Shown: positions 51,622 through 64,000 of the stretch, piece by piece
Layout of the letters: each line of letters opens with the position of its first letter
Position numbering within the stretch: the first letter of the stretch is position 1
Source: Octopus sinensis
Lineage: Eukaryota
Length of the DNA stretch: 64,000 nucleotides
Direction: 5' to 3'
Assembly: GCF_006345805.1 (NCBI RefSeq)
Contig: NC_042997.1
Coordinates: 42,966,001 to 43,030,000, forward strand
Position numbers and translations under genes: made by a program
The notes under the pieces: generated by a model
Told to the model about the DNA's origin: nothing
Databases searched by the model: none
Seen by the model: the letters and a program-made list of their open reading frames with translations, nothing else

Positions 51622-53886
51622 ATATGCATTAGACATCTATATGAGCACTGTAAGCTTTTCTGTACACATTAGCTAATACCTTTTTCTCTTACTACCTTCT
51701 TATCTAGCTTGCACTCTGCCTTTCATACAAGGTAATATTGTATATTCAGTGGGATATATTCATCTCTTTTCTCTCCATCATCTGTGAATTTTCTACATTC
51801 AGTGCCAACGTCTGACGACCATGCAACGTCATGTTTCTTATGCATGCCTCCTTATGCAACCACACTTCAGTAATCCTAAATATTTTTCATGATAGAAAAA
51901 AATCTGAAAGTTAGAGTACGCATAAAGTACCAGACTAAATGTAATACAGTAGGTACTTTCATCTCTCTTGTTTTTGACATTAAATCTAGACGGGATTGGC
52001 TTTGCTTTCCATTATTTGAATGAAGGTCAATAAAATAAGAGTCGTATAATGAGGATGATACAACACACTGCACTCTCCTTCATTTGCCAGGTCTCCTTTA
52101 TTTATGACACCTCATTAGAGGTGCCAGGTTTCACCACCAAAGACTTTTAATAATGGGAAGTCTGAGTTGCTATAGAAACTATCATAGTAACAACTAACAA
52201 TAGAGCTATAAAAGAGATTACGCTTAGTATAAAACTGGCCTATATTATCAGATGAGCTGATACAAATATAACAATTCACATATTTCTAGGTAACAGCTTT
52301 AGAAATGAAAAATAAAAGATTGACAAATCTAATAATTTTCTTTTACTGCTTCAGTCTAGAAATTCTCCAAGGTAGAGAGATATCTAGGATTTATTTCAAG
52401 TTATATATGTCAAATATTTTACTAGTAGTAGCAAAAATATACCTTCAAAACAAAATTTGATAGGTGTATTTCAATATGTTTAGGTTTAAGTGCTGGATAT
52501 TAAGTTCATAGAATCATCAGTTAAAAAGGCAAGGGTTTGATGATGTGTTTCTAGCGACCAGTGTTAAAACGTTTGTATAACAAAAGTATTTATATATTTT
52601 CGGTAACATAGTCCATCCAACCGTAAAGAGGTTCTTTGTTAGGGTACAGTTGACAACAGTACATAACAGCAGATGGAAGCCCTCCTGAGTACAGCAATAT
52701 CATTAACAAGTATGTGGTTGCTTGATCTGCCTGAAATAACAACCATATCTCTCTTTAATCACATCATCATCATCGTTTAACGTCCGCTTTCCATGCTAGC
52801 ATGGGTTGGACGGTTTTGACTGAGGGCTGGTGAACCACATGGCTGCACTAGGCTCCAATCTTGATTTGGCAGAGTTTCTACAGCTGGATGCCCTTCCTAA
52901 AGCCAACCACTCTGAGTGTGTAGTGGGTGCTTTTTACGTGCCACTGGCATGGGGGCCAGTCAGGCGGTGCTGGCAACGACCTCGCTCGAATCCTTTTACA
53001 CAATGCCACCAGCACAGGTGCCACCAGTACAGGTGCCAGTAACAGTTTCTTATAAAAGGAAGGACACATTGGATAATATACTTCATACTGGAAGATGATA
53101 GCATGATCAAGCTAAGAGTGTCTTTGATCATAGATTTACATGATCAGAGCTTACTGGAACCAAACAACAATAACAACAACGACTTCATTAAAAAAGTGTT
53201 ACAGTAACTGAAATAGCATTGGACGTTTTGCCATTATCAAAACTCTTATCTCCAGCACATTTTCATGATGTATCCCACAATGAGGAACTTTTCTTCATAG
53301 AAGACTAAATGAATTTGCAATATTACAAGGTACTTAACAGAATTCTTTCTGAGAGAAACCTCTTTTTTTAGGTCAATCTCTGCTGGTTAAACTTTTGTTA
53401 TACCCTTACACTCTTAAAATTCTCATTATATCCTTACATCCCATCAGTATGGTTTTAGGTTCAGTCCCACTGTCTGGCATCTTGGGCAAGAGTTTTTTTT
53501 TTTTACCACCGTTGCCAGCACCGCCCCGTTTCGTGTCCGTTGCCAGCCTCGCCTGGCCCTCGTGCCGGTGGCACATAAAAAGCACCATCCGTTCGTGGCC
53601 GTTTGCCAGCTCTGTCTGGCACCAGTGCGGGTGGCACATAAAAAGCACCGACTACACTCACGGAGTGGTTGGCGTTAGGAAGGGCATCCAGCCGTAGAAA
53701 CACTGCCAGATTTGACTGGGCCTGATGAAGCCTTCTGGCTTCACAGACCCCAGTAGAACCGTCCAACCCATGCTAGCATGGAAAGCGGACGCTAAACGAT
53801 GATGATGATGATGATGATGATAACTCTGACCAAAGCCTTACAAGTAGATTTGATAAACTGAAACTGGAAGAAGACTGTCCCAAATG

Positions 53887-53929
<43 letters not shown>

Positions 53930-55339
53930 ACACATGTTTGAATGTATCAGTATGCGTTTGTTTATATCTGCCATCAATTGTATGAAAATGTGGTGAGTAC
54001 TTTGTACTTTAAAGCCATGTGGATAAAGAAACCTGTCTGTAAAACTCTGCCTCAGGTAACTTATTCATCCAATCCATGCAAGGATGGAGATGTGGACATA
54101 AAATGAAATGAATAAAAAACCTGCTTCAGTCTAGCTTAAAATAGACTTGTGCTTCATAAGTAGATCATCAAAGGAATCATTACTAATCAAGCTGTGATCC
54201 TCATCTCTTTATGGTAGCTGTGCTGCTCTAATATCCAAAACTAAATTATGGGTTTAGAATTTAAAGATAACAGAGTTTGTTGAAAAAATATTTGGCTCTT
54301 ATAGGAGCAGGCTCAAACTTTGTAAAAGCTCTATCTGACTCAAGTGTACACAGTTCTTTTTCTGTTTTTGCTGAGTCTAGAGCAGTGATTCGCAACCATT
54401 TTTTTGCCTATGGACCTCTTTGATTTCTCTTTTACTCTGCTTGATCTCCATAGCTATTTGATGTATATATAAAAAATCCTATTGTATTTTCATAACTAAA
54501 TATTATTAGGAATTGTATTAATGAATTTTAAATATATTGTGTATTGTAGTATAAAAGTATAAGCAATTTATTGCACATAAACTTTTATAACTAAACCTTA
54601 TTTGGACCCTGATTGAGAACCAATGATCTAAAGAAAGAGACAGGGCTCACAACCTTAGCAGGTCCTTTGAGACCAATGGGTTTGTTGTTATGGTTCCATT
54701 TAAACTTTTTCAAGTCAACAACTGTAGGAAAAACATGAGCAGGGAGGAGATTCAAAAGGGTCAAAGCTCAGGGAAGGAAGGGCTAGGAATAATACTTATT
54801 GAGAGGCCTGTGAAGGTTAAAAACAATGAGGATGACATGAGGTTGAGCGACAAGTGGGTCAGGAGTGTCTGAATGGAGAATGTACAAGATCTGCCAGCTC
54901 TGAGGAACAGAAGCTATTCTCGTAACAATAGATAAAGCAAACATTGTCATTCTCTGGATGCAGTTCAGGATATCTGTGTGTGTAGCACCAACACTTTTCT
55001 AGATGTGGGAGTAATACTCCACTGTAGGCTTCATTTGTATTTTGTAGGGTGTCGGCAAATTGCTGGAGGTCGAAATACCTTAAGGCACTGAAGAGAAGCG
55101 CCAGTCTTAAGAATGTAGTATCAGTCATGTTAAGGATGTGCTTTCACCAAGAAAGTGAGAGTGAGAAATAGCATTAGGAGTAAGCATGAAAGCAGGCTCC
55201 AGTTATTATTGATGACCATAGAAATGATTACACTATGTCTATTACCAACTAGTAGTTATATATTAATTCTTAATGAAGTTCATTGTATTTGTTTCACTGA
55301 CTACATTGACTATTACTATTTTCATGTTATGTAGTAAGT

Positions 55340-55700
55340 CTGCCATAAGCCATTAAGCTAAGGGGAATCACTTAAGATTTTGTCCATATGTCTAACACTC
55401 ATGGATGAGTTTACAAAATCAAAAAACAACACAGCACCCATGACTTTTGGAAACAATTTTTCATGCTCAGAATTGCTGAAGTATGGAATAAACTACCCAC
55501 ATCGTTTGTTAGCTGTTGGGACACTACATCCTTCAAAACTTCCATGCTTCTTGAAATTCTCCAGCAGTACACCTGATGCCCTCCCCACCATCGTTTTTAC
55601 CATTCCTTTGAATATTCTATATGCTGTCCATACAGTTTGGGTTACTTTTTCTGATGAGTTGTGCACCTGAACATTGCATTTGTCTCTTGTGCACCTGAAC
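55340..55700 (+). mobile_element. CR1-like LINE 3' end
   Basis: QFFMLRIAEVWNKLP...TSFKTSM matches the CR1 C-terminal FFxxRvxxxWNxLP; tandem 3' repeat TTGTGCACCTGAACATTGCATTT x2. Confidence 0.65.
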
Positions 55701-55989
55701 ATTGCATTTATCTCTTTTTATTTTTATTTTTTAAATTTATTTATGATGGTGAACTGGGGGTCATGCTGGAGCCACTGCCTTGAAGGACTTTAATCAAACA
55801 AATCAAACTCAATATTTATGTTTTTTAAGTCTTATTCTATTGGTCTCTTTGCCAAACTGCTAAGTTATGGAGATGTAAATGAACCAACACCAGTTGGAGT
55901 GGGGTAAACAAACACAAACACACACATATACATACATACAAATATATATATAAGTAATTATTTAAAACTTGGGTATACACCTCATAATA

Positions 55990-58800
55990 TGCCAATTAAA
56001 GCACTTTCACTCTCTACAGCTACCAGGTGTCATCAACAGTATGGATATAAATGCCACTGGTTCTTCTTCAGGAATTCCTCAGTGTCCATTGAGTATATAA
56101 CAAATGAGAGAAAGAGAAAATAGAATTCATGAAATTCTTTATTAATCACAACAATCATTTTTACCCATCTTGCGTCAGTCCTTCATGGGTGAGATACTGT
56201 GGAAAAGCAATTCATGCTCTGCTGCATCTGGGCCTCAGTGGTGGTGTTGAGTATACAATCATCCATGAACAGGAAGTCATCGTTCACCTTGATCTTGGCT
56301 TGTATCCTCTGCAGGTTGAAGATTCTACCATTAGTCCTGAATCTGATATTCTTGCAGAAGGCATCTGACAGCATGGCTGACAACATCATACTGAACAACA
56401 TATGCATGAATATACAGCCCTGCTTGACTCTGTTAGTGATTGGCGATGTATTGGAAGAATCTACATCATCCAGTACTCAAGTGAGCGAGCCATCAGGAAA
56501 TTGTTGGAACCTGCTGATGAAATTGCCTGGGCAGCTGAACTTTACCATGATCTTCCAAAGCCATTCATAACTGATGGTGTCAAAGGCCTTGGTTAGGTCT
56601 ACAAATGTTGTGTATATGTCCTTCTTCTGTTCCTGGCACCTCTGAAGCTGGCATGCAGCAAAGATCATATCAACTGTCTCATGGCTCTTTCTGAACCTGG
56701 CTGATGGAGCTGCACAATGTGAAACAAAACCTCAGTGAGAACCTGGACAACTTCCATGTGCTGAGTGAGGCAGTTAAAGAGAACTCTTGTGAGTATTTTG
56801 CCCGTGATGACAAGAAGAGAAATTCCTTGCATATTGACACAAGCCTAACTGTTTCCCTTTCTCTTGTAGAAATGGACAATAGAATCACCCTTGAGCTCCT
56901 GAGGAACAACTTTCTGTTGCCACATGGTTTGAAATAGACTGGTGAACCAACTCAGCATTGGTACAAATGGAGCAGAAGAGGACTGGATGGTGTTCAGAGA
57001 TGTGGTGTACAACACTTCACTCACACATCTGGGTCAGAACATATGTAGACACTGTAGCGTAACTGACATCCTCACTGTTTGAGAGACATATTAGAAATGA
57101 TCTCATGCTAGATAACAACCATCTTTGGCTAGTTTGACCCTGTTGTGTCCACTGCTCTGATTGGTTGGCATTTGGCGCAGTTTGTCTAGTGTCTTATTTC
57201 GTGCCAGTGTGTAAGCCAACCAATCACAGCCTTCAGATAAGGTCTTGTGACACTGTTTTTCTCATGCCTACCCCTGGCTTTATAAGGCGCCAGCATTCAC
57301 TATTCCAGGTCTTTTGGCTCTAGACCTTCTAAGGTCTAGTCACTGACCACAGAGCTACTCAACCATGTTCCTGCAACACCGGTCTTAGGTTCCAGTCCTT
57401 TTCAGGACTAGCCTCTGACCCTGAGCGATTCAGCCATGTTCCAGTTCTAGCGACAGATGACCAGTCAGCCAACCATGTTCCTGATCTAGGCATGACAATG
57501 CTAATATACACCAGCAGCATAAGATATCTCCACCACCATCAACTTCAAATACGTACACAGCACTCGCTCAGGTTTAAACCCCACACTGTTGTGAATATTT
57601 CACCGAGGTAAACAGTTACAGTCTACCTGAAAGAACTTCCTGTATCAAGAGACTCGGCACAGCATTGAAGCCACAGACCACTACATGACAAGTGTCCAAC
57701 CGGCATTCTGCCTCGTGACCCCAACATCTTGTTACAGAACTATTGCTATTTTGTACCTCACTTATGAACTGGTAAACTAATTCCATCTTAACTCAATATG
57801 CTGATCTTATGCTCTGTATTCTGTTTTATACGCATGCACCTTCTGTCACACACACGAACACACAGACACAAAACACTTGTCGCACGCATTCAGACACTAC
57901 ACTTTGCTTGCACCCATACTTTATCTTTGTACACTTTGTAAATAAAGTCTTCTTCTCTCTCAAACAGTAGAACGGTTGTCGTCCTCATTTTATTCCTTTT
58001 GGCACTGTATCTTATATCATGTATTGTGGCCTTATATTTTGTTAGGGGCGACCATGCGGTGTTCAAAAGGAGACATTTGTCACCAACTCCTTACGTACGG
58101 TCGTATTCCCTACAACACTAAGGCTGGTTTGATGACAATAATGATCTTTAGAAGCTGCTTGATGAGAAGCGTGAAGCCTTCAGAGTATTTCAGCAAGACA
58201 GTACATCAGCTTCCAAGAAAGCAGCCCATAATGACACCAAAAGAAAGATACAGGTAAAACTCAGACAGATGAAGGATTCCTGGCTCAGCAACAAGGTAGA
58301 TGAGATCAACATCTCCAATCACTTCTTTGATGCCCTGAAAGCCATCTATAGAATATCACCACTGCTCAGTAGTGACAGGATTACCCTCTTCACTAACCAA
58401 AATGCAGTCCTGGAAAGGTGAGCAGGACATTTCATTAACATCCTCAACAAGCCTTCCTCGGTCAACACTGAGGCCATTGCTTGCATGCCCCAAGAAGCTT
58501 AATTGCCTGAAAGCAATTAAGCTTCTCTCAAATAGCAAGGCAACAGGCTCTAACTTCACCCCAGCTGAAATATACAAGGCAGGGGGACCAGTTTTGGCAC
58601 AGAAGCTCACCAGTCTATTTCAAACCATGTGGCAACAGAAAGTTGTTCCTCAGGAACTCAAAGGTGATACTATTGTCCATTTCTCCAAGAGAAAGGGAAA
58701 CAGGTAGTCCTATGTCAATATGCAAGGAATTTCTCTTCTTGTCATTGCTGGCAAGATACTCACAAGAGTTCTCTTTTAACTGCCTCACTCAGCACATGGA
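55990..58800. mobile_element. Rearranged RTE-clade LINE relic: minus-strand RT (55990-56945) joined head-to-head to plus-strand upstream part (56950-58800, interrupted by solo LTR)
   Basis: FVDLTKAFD, VKQGC, FLFMDD on minus; WFDDN, PAEIYKAGG, VVPQELKGD on plus. Confidence 0.85.
57053..58114 (+). mobile_element. Solo LTR (1062 bp), gypsy-like, inserted in an RTE relic
   Basis: TGTAG...CTACA inverted termini; 4-bp TSD ACAC (57049-57052, 58115-58118); removing it rejoins RTE-like coding sequence (LGQNICRH / WFDDN); TATAAG near 57281 and AATAAA near 57941. Confidence 0.85.
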
Positions 58801-58806
58801 AGACAG

Positions 58807-58859
<53 letters not shown>

Positions 58860-59029
58860 TACACACACACACTTATGTGTATATATATATATATGCAAAA
58901 TAATGGAAGCATCAGTGCTTATTTTACTGTATTTTCTAATCAAGATTAGTCATTAATAACAATTTAGATTGCTTGCAAGTGATATGTAAATGCATTGCTG
59001 ACATCTAGAGCCTAATGTTATAACCCTAT

Positions 59030-60060
59030 ATCTTATCTTTTTCAAATAATTATATTTATATCTAACAAAATGTTGACCTTATTGATTTTCAATTGTTGGA
59101 ACTCAAACAGTTGAAGTCTCAGTGATTAAAACTGCATAACTATTCCATGTTTTGAGAGATACTGTCTATAAAATTATGACAACATTCCCAAAACAAGGGG
59201 GAAATGAGCTCTGTAAAGTGTGTTTCTAGTCGGAATCAGTACTCTCAGAAAGGGACTGTAGAGCATTAAAATGTATTGCTGCTAAAAATCATAGAACCAT
59301 TGCAACAAAAGTGACTACAGAGTTAAACTAAAACCTTGCAAAACCAGTGTTGGCCCATCTTGAGCTTCAGAGTGTTGGATATCAAGGGAGAACTGCAATT
59401 GCAAAACCTTTCCTTTCTGCCATCAAATAGTGTAAAGATCATCAGAAATGGTCAATGGATGAATGGAAGAATGCTATCATGGAAGAATCATCCTTCACTC
59501 TTTTCCTAAGATTAGAATGAGTTTACATTTGGAGGCAATCCAAAGAAGCATACGGTCCTAGCTGCTTGACCCCTGCCATTAAATATGGAAGTGGGTCTGT
59601 GTTGATTTGAGCAGCAATATTTTGGAATTCTCTTGGTTCTGTAGTTGCACTTCATGGTGTAGGGTGAATTTACAAATTTTGGGTGACTCAGTTCATCTTA
59701 TGATGTAGGCATTATTTCCTAATGGTGAAGCAATCTTCCAAGATGATGATACACTAATCCATACTGCTACAGTGGTCCAAAATTGGTTTCAAGAACACAA
59801 AAGTCAAGTGGAAAACTTAAATTGGCCCACACAATCACCAGATCTAAATATTATTGAACATTTATGGTGCACTTTGGAGCAACAAATGAGGATTCATTTC
59901 CCTCCTCCAATGTCACTAAAGAAGATGGAGTAAATTTTGCTTGATGAATGACTCCAAATTCCTCTAGCAATTGTTCAAAATCCGTACAAGTCTATTCCTC
60001 AACATATCGCAGCAGTTATAGTGGCAAAAGGCTGGCCACATCATATCAAATATTAAATAA
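59030..60060 (+). pseudogene. Tc1-family transposase relic with DD36E spacing (Incomer-like)
   Basis: FQDDDTLIHT...WPTQSPDLNIIEHLW gives 36 residues between catalytic D and E; many stops; TIRs not found. Confidence 0.8.
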
Positions 60061-60199
60061 TGACTGTAGCCATGCTGGAGCACTGCCTTAAAGAGTTTTT
60101 AATTGAAGAAATTGACCCCAGGACTTATTCTTTATAAGCCTAGTACTTGCCAAACCCCTAAGTTACAGGGATGTAAACACACTAACATCATAACATGTA

Positions 60200-61190
60200 C
60201 TGTATTTTCTATTTTTCTTCCCAGCTGCTTCCAATCTGTTCCTTTCCTTGTTCTTTTCCTCCTCTTCATCGCTGGTACTGGTTTTTGTTGCTCTTTATCT
60301 TTCAGGACAGTCTGCTCTAATGTGACCTTTCAGGCCACATTCATAACACCGTGTGATCCCTCCTTCTAACTCTGAGTGCTATCTCTCCGACAGTGATGGT
60401 GTTGACCATATTTTCAATTTCTTCCTCTGCAATTTGTACCACCATATTAAGGCTTTGTCCTTGTCAGTTCCTGTGGGGTGTCCTAGTGGCTTAGAGGACC
60501 ACCACCTTCTCCTCCATGCCCAGCAGTATGGCAGCCACCAGCCAGGCCACATTGACTTCTAGGAGTATTTCCTCTACCCTAACCCCGGAAGTGCATCTCC
60601 CAAGGTATACGGGTAGAAGCATCACAGCACTACTTTGTCCATTTCCAATAGTGTTGCCAAGTGCAGCCTGGCAGTACCTACCTCTTGGAACTGCACCTCC
60701 ACTATTCCAAACTTTTTTCCTCTGGCAAGGTGGGAAATCCCTTGCCAGATTGTTCTAAGTGCCTTTTCAACATGAGTCGTTGACATGACTTCTATTTTCC
60801 TGCTTGCGACAGAATACGTCCTGTAAATAATTGTTCTTACTTGTTTTTCCTTTAAAACATCTTTGGGAGGGAACACTCTCACTTTGTTCCTCCCCCCTTT
60901 TAAGCATTTTAAAAAATTTACCCAATTCTTCCAGACACAGTTCTTCGGTTTTTTCCTTCATTGTCTCTGCATAATTCTTTGTCCCTATTTTTTTGTCAGT
61001 TCTATCCAAACACTTCACCAATTCTTCCTCAGATAACAAAATGTCCGAAGAAGGGTAGTTCACAAAGTCTGAATAATTCAAGCCTTCACAGTTCCTCACC
61101 CGATGCCCCTCCATTAAACAAGAGGAAAAACGTTGTACCACTTAGACAACCAAAAACATGTGTGTTACACTCAAAATCCACGATCCAACT
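60200..61190 (-). pseudogene. LINE ORF1-like (Gag-like) relic, probably Tx1-type
   Basis: CX2CX4HX4C knuckle CYECGLKGHIRADC at about 60305-60350 and a degenerate knuckle xSSCLMEGHRVRNC near 61090-61130; stops and frameshifts. Confidence 0.7.
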
Positions 61191-61319
61191 GACAAACGCT
61201 ATACCAGAAGCAAGCTTCTTGCCACACAGCCACACCTGCAACTATCATATATATATATATATATATAATTGTTAAAGAGGACAACAAACACTACAGCAGG
61301 GCAAACATCTTAAGTCATA

Positions 61320-62114
61320 TCTTTATATATAAAAGTAAGGTTGTGTGCTGTTTGTCTCCTACGATTTAGATTCCTAACTACTCCCACATTTTGCGGTGCA
61401 GTTTAACCAAATTCGGGTATCTTATAGTCGTAATTCATATCAAGCCCGTCTGGCTATTAGCGCGCGTCTACGATGAGTCTACGATTTAAAAAATAATTTA
61501 ACATCATTTTTTATTCCATTTTAATGCATATTTTTTCGTGTGTCGATGGCGGCGGAGTTGGCGTCCACGCTCAAACACCTGCACCTGTGTTTGCTTCTCC
61601 CCCTTCTTCCCTCCCTCGTGAAGCTGTGGGGAAGGGAGTGTAAGGAAATCAACGTCGTAATGCGTTGTCAAGGAGACCAGCGTTCTTTTAGAACAACGAC
61701 TTCATGGCTTGAAGACACCAAAACAATATATAAAAGTGAAGTTCTGTGTCTGTCTCCTACGATTTAGATTCCTAACTACTCTCACATTTTGCGGTGCAGT
61801 TTAACCAAAACCGGGTATCTTATAGTCGTGATTCATATCGAGCCCTTCTGGGTATTAGCGCGCGTCTACGATGAGTCTACGATTTAAAAAAAAATTTACC
61901 ATCAATTTTTCCCATTTTTAATGCATTTTTGGCATATATAAGGGAAGTAACTCTCTAAAAATGTATTATTAAATCTCAGAACGTAAAAAGCTACAGTAAC
62001 ACCCCTCCCTTTGTGGTTAGCCATATTTAGATGGCTATTATACTTTACATCTCTAAAAATGCTTATATAGTTATTTCCCTTACAAACCCGAGCAACGCTG
62101 GGCGATACTGCTAG
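61320..62114 (+). mobile_element. Non-autonomous Helitron with duplicated 5' module, same family as 32634-33650
   Basis: A/TC start at 61320, restart of 5' module near 61726, single hairpin-CTAG/T end at 62114. Confidence 0.85.
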
Positions 62115-62470
62115 TACCATATAATTATTGGAAAAAATTCAAATCCTTACAGCTGTTTCTGGGATATCCATGTGTGTGTATGTGTGTGATAGACTTCCCC
62201 ACAATTCCTACTTTTCCATCTACCAATTTCTCTCACAAACTGTTGGTTGGCCCAGGACTATAGTAGAAGACAGCACCTTGAGTTGTACACTGGAACTGAA
62301 CCCAGATTTACAAGGTTGCAAAGTGAGCTTCTTAACCACTCAGCCATGCTTGTCTTTATATAGTATATCCCTAAAGGATAAATTGGTTAAATAGAAAACA
62401 TTATTCTTCAAACCAAATCCAATCTACAAGAGGAATTAAACTCAAAATAGGAAACTTGTGAATTTTATAG

Positions 62471-62867
62471 CTCTTTTACTCTTTTACTTGTTTCAGTCAT
62501 TTGACTGCGGCCATGCTGGAGCACTGCCTTTAATCGAGCAACTCGACCCCGGGACTTATTCTTTTGTAAGCCCAGTACTTATTCTATCGGTCTCTTTTGC
62601 CGAACCACTAAGTAACGGGGACATAAACACACCAGCATCGGTTGTCAAGCAATGCTAGGGGGACAAACATAGACACACAAACACACACACGCATATATAT
62701 ATACGACGGGCTTCTTTCAGTTTCCGTCTACCAAATCCACTCACAAGGCTTTGGTCGGCCCGAGACTATAGTAGAAGACAATTGCCCAAGGTGCCACACA
62801 GTGGGACTGAACCTGGAACCATGTGGTTGGTAAACAAGCTACTTACCAGACAGCCACTCCTGCGCCT
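62471..62867 (-). mobile_element. SINE family S2, full length
   Basis: Homologous to 10480-10873. Confidence 0.9.
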
Positions 62868-63589
62868 CAGTAGCTGTGAGTTTTTCTTTAGTTGTGGGAC
62901 CTATTTATAGCCATTTTGACTGAGTCATTCTAGAATTAAGTGTCACAGCCATAAATCAGCATAATAGCAGTGAAAAAAAAAGGTAACAGACCACAGATCT
63001 CTCAGTTGATTATTTGGCAGCCTATCAAGTCAGCCATGTGAACATATTACTTATCATAGTTACACTTTACAATGATTAGTAAATACTTACCAGCTCTAGT
63101 TATGATATGTATTACTAATCATTGTTAGATGTTACAAGATGATGATCTGAGACTATCCTAGTCGAAGCATTGTAAGTCAAATACTCTTTTACTTGTTTCA
63201 GTCATTTGACTGCAGCCATGCTGGAGCACCACCTTTAGTTGAACAAATCGACCCCAGGACTTGTTCTTTGTAAGCCTAGTACTTATTCTATTGGTCTCTT
63301 TTTCTGAACTGCTAAGTTATGGGAATGTAAACACACCATCAGCTGTTGAAGTGATGGTGGGTGGGGGATAAATACAGATGCACATACGTGTATATACTGA
63401 GAATTTACGAAAAACAAAAGACAAAGATGGGTGTGTAAACAACAAACAAATGTATTAGTTTAATGCTCGGGAAGTGAGAAAGTCTTTTATGCTTCAAGCC
63501 TATGCTCTTCAACAGAAAGGTATAAGAGAAAATAAACAGGGAGAGAAAATAGAAAAGGTTTAATGGCTAGCAATCTATCATGGCGAGTG

Positions 63590-63623
<34 letters not shown>

Positions 63624-64000
63624 TATTAAAAGGGATGAAGTCTTTTTCTCTACAGAAAAAAACTCCATCAGGAATTGTGGCAGTATATTAAAAGAACCTT
63701 TAATGTTAAAAATAATAAGTAGTCTTCTTTCAGTTTCCATCTACCAAATTCACTCATAAGGCTTTGTTGGCCTGAGGCTATAGCAGAAGACATTTGCCCA
63801 AGGTGTCATGTAGTGGAACTGAACCTGGAACCATGTGGTTGGGAAGCAAGCTTCTTACCTCACAGCCACTCATGTGGCTATAGTGTGACAAAGTAAGATG
63901 TAGATCTGTACTTGTAGAACTGACAGTGTTGTGTTTTGGTACTCTATAACATTAGAGGACGTTTTGATAATGTCCAATAGAAAGCTACCATTAAAAGTAA

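Noticed and set aside
52642-52709. Possible exon bounded by TTAG and GTATGT
   Set aside because: Stops in all three frames; no other support.
53720-53745. CTGATGA plus hairpin in the RTE-derived tail; also CTGATGA at about 13343 and 16879
   Set aside because: No correctly placed GAAA and cleavage triplet, so not hammerheads.
54859-55128. 89-aa minus-strand ORF that looks protein-like
   Set aside because: Neighbouring frames give VFRPP and ILIVFNLH, resembling a decayed CR1/L2 endonuclease; no splice support for a host exon. Too weak to list either way.

Overview
AT-rich, repeat-saturated animal genomic DNA. The SINE and microsatellite content strongly resembles Octopus (cephalopod), which is an inference from remembered repeat families, not a database match. 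I could not support any host protein-coding gene; nearly all recognisable coding sequence is transposon-derived. Best-supported elements: (1) a 5,047-bp Ty3/gypsy LTR retrotransposon on the minus strand (37990-43036) with apparently identical 418-bp LTRs, CATC target-site duplication (TSD), tRNA-Trp PBS, PPT, a short gag, protease and RT-RNaseH-integrase; (2) a separate 1,062-bp solo LTR; (3) decayed non-LTR elements (Penelope-like, RTE, Tx1/L1-like, R4/Dong-like, CR1); (4) Tc1/mariner relics of three catalytic spacings (DD34D, DD41D-like, DD36E); (5) a Helitron helicase fragment and non-autonomous Helitrons; (6) foldback MITEs with 8-bp TSDs; (7) three abundant tRNA-derived SINE families. Most interesting leads: a dispersed short repeat carrying a minimal hammerhead-ribozyme-like motif with a non-canonical core; a SINE whose 3' tail matches the Tx1-like LINE 3' end and which forms multimers; and several independent local inverted duplications.
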